64,000 nucleotides of DNA. It comes from an uncultured Actinomycetota bacterium. GTDB lineage: Bacteria > Actinomycetota > Actinomycetes > JAHEKZ01. Below the pieces are notes generated by a model that saw only the letters and a program-made list of their open reading frames with translations, searched no databases and had not been told where the DNA came from. Of this stretch, positions 33,530 to 41,110 are shown piece after piece; the stretch's first letter is position 1; each line of letters starts with the position of its first letter. The DNA lies in contig CAWHIJ010000003.1 of the NCBI GenBank assembly GCA_963829525.1, positions 2,176,001 to 2,240,000 on the forward strand, in the 5' to 3' direction. The position numbers were made by a program, and so were the translations under genes.

Positions 33530-34843
33530 ATGACGACGACCGGAGAGCTCACCGGTATGTCGCCAATGGCCGACGGGCTGCCTGACGCAGAGGAGTGCCG
33601 TGCCCTCGTTACCAGCGCCCTGCACCATGGCGCACCTTCGATCGTCGCCCAGCCCATCCTCGGGCTTTCTTCGGGGCGCGTCACCGCCTACGAAGCGCTT
33701 TCCAGATTCAGCCAAGAACTCCCGTCGTACTCCCCCGACGTCTGGTTCGCCATGGCACACCGGTGCGGCCTTGGCCCCATGTTCGAGGCGCGTGCAGTTG
33801 ACCTGGCTCTTCGCGCTGGTATCGAGCGCCCTAACGGAACCCTGCTGTCGGTCAATGTCAGCCCCTCCGTCTTGAGCACCCGAGAGCTGCACGACGTCTT
33901 GCCCTTCGACCTCTCAGGACTGCAGTTTGAGATCACCGAGAAGGAGGTTGTCGCAGACGGCGACCAGTTCCAGCTGATCCTGAAAGCCTTGCGAGACCGG
34001 GGCGCGCACGTCGCCGTCGACGACGTCGGTGAGGGGTACGCGGGCCTGCAGCGAGTACTCGCGCTCTCCCCTGACGTCATCAAGCTCGACCGATCGCTGG
34101 TGACAGGTGTTGAGTCCGAACCTGTCAAGGCGGCGCTCGTCGAGGCGATCGTCCGTTACGCCGGCAGGGTCGGGGCCGAGGTATGCGCTGAGGGCGTTGA
34201 GAATCTCGACGACCTCTACGTGCTGGCCGACCTCGATGTCGCCGAGGCCCAAGGATGGGTCATCGGCATGCCGTCACCGACCTTTGATCCGGCCAGCGAG
34301 GCGGCCTCGCTCACTTGTCAGAGTTCCTACCAACGCACTCTGGCCCTCGGTTCCCGTGCTCCTGGGCAGGACACCACCGCCCTGGAACGCCTGCTGGCCG
34401 ACCTCGTCGACTGCTCAAACCTTGACCGTCTCGCCCAGATGACCGGGCCGATCGGGGAGCACCTGAAGTGCGACCTCGCTGAGATTTCGTTCATCGACTC
34501 CACGCGGCAGTACGTCCAGGCGGTGGCACCGCGCGCCTGGATGCCCGACGGTGCGCAATACCCCTTGTCAGACTTCCCACAGACCTCGCGCTGCTTGGAC
34601 ACTCTCGAGATCATGACCGTCGACCTTGACGACCCAGATGTTGATCCGGCTGAGGCCGCCTGGATGCGCAGCGAGGGTGTGACGACCATGATCGGTATCC
34701 CGGTCCTGGCAGCGGGAACCGTAGTGGGTCTGTTGGAGTGTTCCCGGAAGGTCCCCGTTCCGTGGTCGCGACTGCAGCTGCGTCACGCCAGAATCATCGC
34801 CACTGTGCTCGGCCCCGTGATGACGACACTGCAGGATCGGTAA
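33530..34843 (+). CDS. EAL-domain c-di-GMP phosphodiesterase with C-terminal GAF domain
   Basis: AQPI, YEALSRF, VNVSP, FEITE, DDVGEGY, IKLDR, AEGVE and AQGW motifs; C-terminal GAF-like region (YPLSDFP...IPV...VVGLLE). Confidence 0.88.
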   Translation: MTTTGELTGMSPMADGLPDAEECRALVTSALHHGAPSIVAQPILGLSSGRVTAYEALSRFSQELPSYSPDVWFAMAHRCGLGPMFEARAVDLALRAGIERPNGTLLSVNVSPSVLSTRELHDVLPFDLSGLQFEITEKEVVADGDQFQLILKALRDRGAHVAVDDVGEGYAGLQRVLALSPDVIKLDRSLVTGVESEPVKAALVEAIVRYAGRVGAEVCAEGVENLDDLYVLADLDVAEAQGWVIGMPSPTFDPASEAASLTCQSSYQRTLALGSRAPGQDTTALERLLADLVDCSNLDRLAQMTGPIGEHLKCDLAEISFIDSTRQYVQAVAPRAWMPDGAQYPLSDFPQTSRCLDTLEIMTVDLDDPDVDPAEAAWMRSEGVTTMIGIPVLAAGTVVGLLECSRKVPVPWSRLQLRHARIIATVLGPVMTTLQDR

Positions 34844-34887
34844 GCGAACTGACCGCTCGTCGCGCGCGCTCGGCGATGCCGGAGGCG

Positions 34888-36103
34888 TTATCCGGGTGTC
34901 TCCTCGCGAAGTCCCCACGGTGACCCGTACTCGACCAGCTTGTCGAGGAACGGCTTGGGCGCGAAGGCCTCAGCTCCAAGAACTCCGGCGCCTGACCAGG
35001 TGCCGTCAGCGACGCAGCTCGAGGGCGATGACCGGGTTGATAGCCGTCTGCCAAACAACTGCCTGCGATCCGTACTCCCTCATCGTCCACTCGTTGTCAA
35101 CGACGTGGTAGAGGTACACCTGGCGAGGCTGGCCGTCCTTTCCACTACCTGTGACCCAAGTGCCGGCACACGTCTTGCCGGTCATGCGGTCCCCGAGCGT
35201 GGCGGGGTCCGGCAGCAGCGCAGCGATGACATCTCGTGGGCTGACCTCGACGCCACCAACGGCGATCTTTTGGGTGCGGTCCATACCGAGTTTGTGGATC
35301 ACTTTCAGCACATCGATGAACTCCTCACCGAGGCCATACTTGAAGGTGGCGCGATTGCAGTCGACCCAACGCGGGATGAGAAGAACTTCCTCGTGCTCGA
35401 CGTTGACGCACTCGACCGGACCGATGCCCTCAGGGAACTCGAAGACCTCTGGTTCAGAGAACGGGGGCGTTGTGAACCAGCCCTTCTCCTTCTCCCATAT
35501 CACCGGTGGGTTGAGGCACTCCTCGATGGTCGTCCAAATCGAAAAGGACGGCGCGAAGGTGAACCCGTCGACCTCGAGGTTGGATCCGTCACGGACCCCC
35601 GCCTCATCGATCTGGCTGAAGAGCTCATCTGCCGCGTACCTGGCGAAGATGTCCGACAGCCCCGGTTCCACACCCACACCCACCAGCGCGAGCCGACCCG
35701 CGGACTCCCACGCACCAGCGACGGCAAACTGCTCGTCGCCGAGCTTGACGCCCGTCTGGCGATAGGGCTCGGTCGGGTGCGGATGCGAAAGGGACATCGC
35801 CATATCGAGGTAGTCGGCGCCAGCCGCGAAGGACCCATTGAAAATCGGCAGAACGAACCGAGGATCTACCGCATTCAAGACGTGGGTGGCGTTGTGACGC
35901 CGGGCGAGGTCCGCGACCGACTCTGCGTTCGAAGCATCGACCTGGTCCGCCACGAATCGGGGATCATCGACCTGCGCGACAGCCCGCTCAGCACGCGACC
36001 GGTCGTAATCGGCCACGACCATGGTCTCGAAGAAGCTGCGACGGGCGGCGATGGGGACAACCGCCGAGCCAACACCACCTGCTCCGACCAGCAGAATGCG
36101 CAT
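34888..36103 (-). CDS. Saccharopine dehydrogenase-like oxidoreductase (carboxyspermidine/homospermidine synthase-like family), frameshift near 35014
   Basis: GAGGVG, YLDMA, GVEPG and EHEE motifs. The family-typical C-terminus ADGTWSGAGVLGAEAFAPKPFLDKL...PWG continues in the next frame after one extra base and stops at 34888. Confidence 0.8.
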
Positions 36104-36270
36104 GAGGGAGTCCTTCCGTCTCGGGCGACGTCGCCCGCCAGCACGGACTGATCGGGGGCTGCTCCCCCGTTGACTGGCTACGACCGTAGCTTGATACTAA
36201 CCTGCATCCTGACGTTTACTGGTTAGAGGTATTCGCTGGAGCGTGTCGCCGCGCTGCATGACGGGGCCCG

Positions 36271-36909
36271 TTACGCGGCTCGGGACCAGCCTTGGCATCC
36301 GGTGCGGCATCTGACTGTCGACGCACCATCGTCGTGCAAGCCGTCGTCGTGCACGCCGTCAGCTGGCAACGTCCACGGGCGCTTGACGAGGCGGGAGCCG
36401 GCTATCTTCTGCGCGCCGTAAAAGACACCGATGACGATCAACGCGTCCCCAAAGCTGAAGACGTTGGCGAAGGGCAGGGGGTCTGGCCAGACAAAGATAT
36501 CGCCGAAGAGCGGCAGCACCGGATCCTTGAGCACCCCCGAGTTGACGAACTCACCCTTGGCAAGGTCGATGCCAGCCATCTGCAGCGCCGACTTAGAGGC
36601 TGGCAGCTGACCACCGTTGAGTGCGATGGTGATGCCGTTCATCGCCCCGCCAGCAGCAATGATGATCAGCCCGGGGATCCTCCAGTTGATCGCCACGAAG
36701 ACACCGGCCGCCACATACGTCGCCATGTGAACCGCTTCCAGAAGGGTGCGGTCTGCCTCAGGGAAGATCTCGATGATGAGGATCTGCGCAAGAAGCGCTA
36801 CCACCAAGATCCACCACGCCTTGAAGCGCACATACGCAAGACGAGAGAGCTTCCCCCCGAAGAGGAGAGGGCTGACGAGCGCAAGAATGCAGAGGACGAG
36901 AACCAGCAT
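36271..36909 (-). CDS. DUF5317-type multi-pass membrane protein, candidate intramembrane aspartyl peptidase
   Basis: GGKLSRL, N75, GGAMN...ALNGGQLP, LFGDIF and NVFSFGDALI motifs. The start overlaps the upstream stop (TGATG at 36909). Confidence 0.8.
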   Translation of the reverse strand: MLVLVLCILALVSPLLFGGKLSRLAYVRFKAWWILVVALLAQILIIEIFPEADRTLLEAVHMATYVAAGVFVAINWRIPGLIIIAAGGAMNGITIALNGGQLPASKSALQMAGIDLAKGEFVNSGVLKDPVLPLFGDIFVWPDPLPFANVFSFGDALIVIGVFYGAQKIAGSRLVKRPWTLPADGVHDDGLHDDGASTVRCRTGCQGWSRAA

Positions 36910-39038
36910 CAGCTGCTCCCTACCAGACGAAGGGAAGAAGGAGCTGCGCTCGTGCGGTTCACCCGACGTTGCTCGACCACCTCGACGACTGAGTCGGGGG
37001 CCATCGGCCGCCCAATGTGATAACCCTGAGCGACGTCACAACCGAGCCCTTCAAGCCACGCCAGTGTGTCGCCGTCCTCGACCCCCTCGGCCACGATCCG
37101 GAGTCCGAGGTTGTGCCCGAGCTCAACAGTCGACGCCACGATGATGGCGTCACTGGACTGGGTATCGAGATCCATGATGAATGAGCGGTCGATCTTCAGC
37201 TCGTCGATGTCGAACTGCTTAAGGTAGTTGAGCGAGGCGTGACCTGTTCCGTAGTCATCGATAGAGACCTCGACGCCGATCCGCCGAAGCTGCTGGAGAA
37301 CGACGGAGGCTCGTTTGGGGTCGGTCATGATGCTGCTCTCGGTCACTTCGATGACCAGCTTGGAGGGAGCAACCCCCCACCGTTCCAGGGCCACGGCGAT
37401 GCGGTCGGGCAGACTCATGTCCGTAAGGTGCCGGACCGAGAGGTTGACGGCAACTGACAAATCGATCCCGGCCTCGTGCCAGGTGCGTACCTGACGGAGC
37501 GCCCGCTCGACAACGAAGAAGGTGATGGGGGCGATCAGTCCGGTGTTCTCCGCGAGCGGGATGAAGGTGTCGGGGTACTGAATGCCGCGAGTGGGGTGGT
37601 TCCATCGGACAAGCGCCTCAACGCCACGCACCTCGCCGCTGGCAACATCGATCTTGGGTTGGTACACAAGGAAGAGTTGATCGTCTTCGACAGCGGACCG
37701 AAGGTCGGTGAGGGTCGTCAACCGTTGCGGGGTGTGAGTGTCTTCATCTTCGTTGGAGTACGCACAGAATCGAGCCCTTTCCCGCTTGGCTTCGTAGAGA
37801 GCGATGTCGGAGCGACGCATGAGGGTGTGGACGTCGTCGCCGTGGTCGGGGGCCAGTGCAATGCCGAGGCTGGCCTGAACCACCAGCCGAACACCGCCGA
37901 CCGAGAAGGACTTACCAAGCACCGAGAGAAGGTAAGTGGCGACGTCCTCGGCCACTGACAGGTCAGGGATGTCTGGCAGCAGCACGGCGAACTCATCGCC
38001 GCCCAGGCGCGCAACGGTGGCCCCTTCCGGCCGTGCCTCCTCCAGGCGGTTTGCCACCTCACAGATCAGTTCGTCACCGACCTGGTGGCCAAGAGTGTCA
38101 TTGATCTCCTTGAAGTGGTCAAGGTCGATCATCATGATCGCCAGGGCCTGGCCCGACCGTTGCGAGTCCTCCAGAGCTCGTACCGAGCGATCGCGGAACA
38201 GCTCACGGTTGGCCAGGCCGGTGAGGGCATCATGACTGGCCTGACGCCCCATGGCGACCGCAAGCTTGGCGCTGTTGTAAACAGCAGCGATCGGCGCCAA
38301 CAGCATCGGCAGCATGAGGGGCTGCGTCTGCACGACGAGGGCAGCGACCGGAGCGAGGATGGCCAGCACTCCGGCGGTCATCGCCTGGAAGCGGAGGTCG
38401 GCGAGGAAGATCGGGCTCACACGTTGACCGGAGTCGATGGCGACGACTGTCGAGACCAAGATCTGGTTGACCACCAAGAACGCGGCCGCGGCGACCAGGG
38501 CCGCAAAGAGCTCGAGCGGTACCGGGTCGAAGGTGTTGTACGGGCCGAATACCGGTTCCCCGGCAACCAGGGAGTAAACGCTGTGGGCCGCCATGACGGT
38601 CAGAACGTACTGTGAAGCGTTGAAGGCGATCTTCAGCGGCGAACGCCGCGAAATCGCGTCGTCGATGATCACCGCGACAGCCTGTGCCACCACTGCAAGA
38701 CTGACTGGGCCAACAATCGCCAAGGTCAGCGTGAAGGTCGTCGAAATGGTGATCATGTCTGCGGTGTCCCCACCGCGGGGGACCGGTACCGGCCGCAGCT
38801 CGCCGACAACTACGGCGATGACCAGGATCGTCACAACCAGGCCCTGGGAGGGATAGTCTCCCCAAGCACCTACCCCCACAGCCTCTTGGATCGGAGCAAG
38901 GACCAGCGAGGCCCCCAGCGCCAAGGACGCCGTCCCGATGACCCCCCATATGTACACACCGAGCGCCCACTTGGGGCGACGCGGAAAGGGAGCCACCGAT
39001 CCATCGGTGGCTCCCCCCTCGTGCGCTAGTTGGCCCAC
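36909..39038 (-). CDS. Membrane-anchored diguanylate cyclase/phosphodiesterase (about 7-8 TM sensor + GGDEF + EAL)
   Basis: About 260-aa hydrophobic N-terminus; DALTGLANR, DLDHFKEINDTLGH, RLGGDEF; YQPK, EALVRW, DDYGTG, EGVE, QGY. Exact start uncertain. Confidence 0.93.
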   Translation of the reverse strand: MGQLAHEGGATDGSVAPFPRRPKWALGVYIWGVIGTASLALGASLVLAPIQEAVGVGAWGDYPSQGLVVTILVIAVVVGELRPVPVPRGGDTADMITISTTFTLTLAIVGPVSLAVVAQAVAVIIDDAISRRSPLKIAFNASQYVLTVMAAHSVYSLVAGEPVFGPYNTFDPVPLELFAALVAAAAFLVVNQILVSTVVAIDSGQRVSPIFLADLRFQAMTAGVLAILAPVAALVVQTQPLMLPMLLAPIAAVYNSAKLAVAMGRQASHDALTGLANRELFRDRSVRALEDSQRSGQALAIMMIDLDHFKEINDTLGHQVGDELICEVANRLEEARPEGATVARLGGDEFAVLLPDIPDLSVAEDVATYLLSVLGKSFSVGGVRLVVQASLGIALAPDHGDDVHTLMRRSDIALYEAKRERARFCAYSNEDEDTHTPQRLTTLTDLRSAVEDDQLFLVYQPKIDVASGEVRGVEALVRWNHPTRGIQYPDTFIPLAENTGLIAPITFFVVERALRQVRTWHEAGIDLSVAVNLSVRHLTDMSLPDRIAVALERWGVAPSKLVIEVTESSIMTDPKRASVVLQQLRRIGVEVSIDDYGTGHASLNYLKQFDIDELKIDRSFIMDLDTQSSDAIIVASTVELGHNLGLRIVAEGVEDGDTLAWLEGLGCDVAQGYHIGRPMAPDSVVEVVEQRRVNRTSAAPSSLRLVGSS
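38988..39015 (-). terminator. Strong hairpin after the peptide genes, overlapping the 5' end of the GGDEF-EAL gene (terminator/attenuator)
   Basis: Minus strand GGGAGCCACCGAT-GG-ATCGGTGGCTCCC followed by TTTCC. Confidence 0.6.
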
Positions 39039-39130
39039 TTCTTTCCGGCTCCAACTACCGATGCCAAGGTCAGCACCGTTGCGGCGCTGCCCAGCACGGA
39101 AACGATCACACGGGCTTTGATCTGGTCCAT
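39026..39130 (-). CDS. Small peptide precursor 2 (34 aa): MDQIKARVIVSVLGSAATVLTLASVVGAGKKWAN
   Basis: Manual translation. SD AGGAGG overlaps the previous stop codon; paralog of 39142-39246; below the ORF-track cutoff. Confidence 0.85.
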   Translation of the reverse strand: MDQIKARVIVSVLGSAATVLTLASVVGAGKKWAN

Positions 39131-39141
39131 ATCCTCGCCTC

Positions 39142-39246
39142 CTAGTTCATCCACTTGGTACCGGCACCGACCACCGAAACCAGGACCATAAGTCCGGCCG
39201 CAGCGGCGCTACCGCGCACCACCAATTCCTTGGTTACCTTGTTCAT
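39142..39246 (-). CDS. Small peptide precursor 1 (34 aa): MNKVTKELVVRGSAAAAGLMVLVSVVGAGTKWMN
   Basis: Manual translation. Purine-rich SD GGGAAGGGGAG; basic N-region, hydrophobic core and C-terminal SVVGAGxKWxN shared with the neighbour. Confidence 0.85.
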   Translation of the reverse strand: MNKVTKELVVRGSAAAAGLMVLVSVVGAGTKWMN

Positions 39247-39423
39247 CGCTCCCCTTCCCAAATCAGTCGCGACGATTGGGGAGCCGAAGACTCAACCCCC
39301 CTGCGTAATGATGTCGTTCCGCAGGGTGACTTCGTTAGACGGCCAAATGGGTGAACACAGAGTGTCATCTTGGCTACTCAGAGCGATACTTGCAGGTCAG
39401 CGTCGCGCCCTGACTGGGTAGAA

Positions 39424-40464
39424 CTAGCCCATGTGGGGTGGCTGCTGCGTGCCTCGACCTTCCAGGAGAGGCGTCGCCCGGTCCCACACGACCTCCCCGC
39501 CATCCTTGCGCCGCCGGGCGATCCCCGACAGCGCCTCCAGCACGACGCGGTTCCCGAGGAAGGCGGTGATCTCGGCATGGTCGTAGGGCGGTGAGACCTC
39601 GACAACGTCGATGCCCACCACAGGCACTTCGTAGCAGATCCGCGATACCGCATCGAGCAGCTGTCGTGCCGAGAGACCACCGGGCTCAGGCGTGCCCGTA
39701 CCGGGTGCGTGGCCGGGGTCACACACATCGATATCAACGGACAGAAAGACGCCGTCACAGTCGTCGGTGGCGATGACAAACGCCTCGTCGAGCACCTGGT
39801 CGAGCCCCTTGGCGACGATCTCGCTCATGTGGAACGAGCGCATCTTCTGGTCGGCCATCCAGTCGAGGGTCTCCGGGCCCGGCCAGTAGCCGCGCAGCCC
39901 CAACTGCAAGAAGCGGTCCCCACGCGCGGCCCCCGACTCGATCAACCGCCGCATCGGCTGGCCATGTCCGTAGAGCGACCCGAACTCGATGTCGCCGGTG
40001 TCGGCATGCGCATCAAAGTGGATGATCGAGACCCTGCCGAACCCAGCAGACCGGGCAACGCCCGTGACGTCGGGCCAGGTGACCGTGTGGTCGCCACCGA
40101 GAACGAGTGGAATCTTGCCTGCTTCAGCGACACGCGCCACCGCATCCTCGATGATCTGGCAGCTTCTGACGACATCTCCGGAGTACACCTCGAGGTCGCC
40201 GGCATCAACTACCCGAAGGTCCTCGGTGAGCGCCTCCACACGCATCGCCATGTGCGGTCGCAACCCGTCCTGCGGCAGGTAGTCGGTCGAGCGCATCGCC
40301 ATCGGCCCAAATCGCGTCCCGGGGCGGTGGCTGGTGCCGCCGTCGAAGGGGGCGCCGATGATGACCACATCGGCATCGGCGAAGGTCGACGGGTCGTCGA
40401 GGTCGCAGGCGGGTACGCCAAGGAAGGTGATGTCGGGGCCGAACATGGGCCCGTAGCGCGTCAT
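39424..40464 (-). CDS. speB: Agmatinase/guanidinobutyrase (ureohydrolase family)
   Basis: RPGTRFGP, GGDH, HFDAHAD, SVDIDVCDP...PGTGTPEPGG and VVEVSP motifs. Confidence 0.85.
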   Translation of the reverse strand: MTRYGPMFGPDITFLGVPACDLDDPSTFADADVVIIGAPFDGGTSHRPGTRFGPMAMRSTDYLPQDGLRPHMAMRVEALTEDLRVVDAGDLEVYSGDVVRSCQIIEDAVARVAEAGKIPLVLGGDHTVTWPDVTGVARSAGFGRVSIIHFDAHADTGDIEFGSLYGHGQPMRRLIESGAARGDRFLQLGLRGYWPGPETLDWMADQKMRSFHMSEIVAKGLDQVLDEAFVIATDDCDGVFLSVDIDVCDPGHAPGTGTPEPGGLSARQLLDAVSRICYEVPVVGIDVVEVSPPYDHAEITAFLGNRVVLEALSGIARRRKDGGEVVWDRATPLLEGRGTQQPPHMG

Positions 40465-40494
40465 GGCGGCACCCTACCGGGGAGCCACTCGCGT

Positions 40495-41031
40495 TCAGCC
40501 TGCCGCAGCCCAACTGGGTCGGAAGAACCGAGCGAGCGTTGCACCGCAGGCCACCGCAAGGTCCTCGTCAACGTCGTCGAACGGGCGCCCGTCCTCCCGG
40601 GCCACCCAGAACTCCCCCAAGGCTCGGCCCTCGAGGCGTATGGGGGCGCCCAGGCAGTCGGTACGCCGCTGCGCTGTGAGCAGCTCGCGATACTCCTGGG
40701 GGCAGTCCGGATCGCGCAACGTCGAGCGGTACGCGCCACCGCGAGCCAGGTGTTGAGTGGTGAACGGGAAGTCGGAGAAAGGGTAGAACTCCGACTGAGG
40801 AGTGGGCACCTCCCCCGGCGTGAGCTGACCGACGTTGGAAAGCGTTTGGTATCGCAAGTGCCCGTAGTCCATCAGGTTGACGGCCGCGGCCGAACCCTCG
40901 AAGAGCTGCCGCAGGTACTCAGCCGCGACGTCGGGGCACCGCTGGGGCGTGACCTCGTTCAAGGCGTGGCGAAAGCTCACGATGACGTCGATGACGTCGC
41001 GACTGCCCCTGGGTACCGATGCACCAATCAC
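40495..41031 (-). CDS. Stand-alone GAF domain protein
   Basis: NVGQL...FYPFSDFP...CLGAPIRLEGRALGEFW...RPFDDVD GAF-like pattern; start uncertain. Confidence 0.7.
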   Translation of the reverse strand: MIGASVPRGSRDVIDVIVSFRHALNEVTPQRCPDVAAEYLRQLFEGSAAAVNLMDYGHLRYQTLSNVGQLTPGEVPTPQSEFYPFSDFPFTTQHLARGGAYRSTLRDPDCPQEYRELLTAQRRTDCLGAPIRLEGRALGEFWVAREDGRPFDDVDEDLAVACGATLARFFRPSWAAAG

Positions 41032-41110
41032 AACAGACGATGATCAGCCCTAGTGCGAGCGTCATCTACCGCCACATGGGTGACGCATGAAAAAAACTGG
41101 TCCAGACCGA

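Noticed and set aside
36271-36360. Odd C-terminal tail of the DUF5317 protein (HDDG x2, Cys-containing end)
   Set aside because: It is a short imperfect duplication in a probably disordered tail and may include another indel. No function can be supported.
39026-39246. Peptides as attenuator leaders, type I toxins or RiPP precursors
   Set aside because: There is only a single Trp and no amino-acid biosynthesis operon. No antisense antitoxin is evident and no RiPP maturase (radical SAM, YcaO, Lan, P450) is adjacent. The conserved polar tail plus sensor/peptidase-like neighbours fit signalling better, though these alternatives are not formally excluded.
39247-39420. Possible c-di-GMP riboswitch upstream of the GGDEF-EAL operon
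   Set aside because: I see no recognisable class I or class II consensus. It is kept only as an unspecified structured leader.
39155-39421. 88-aa plus-strand ORF over the peptide locus
   Set aside because: It has a TTG start without an SD and is antisense to P1. The minus-strand peptides have SDs and paralog support.
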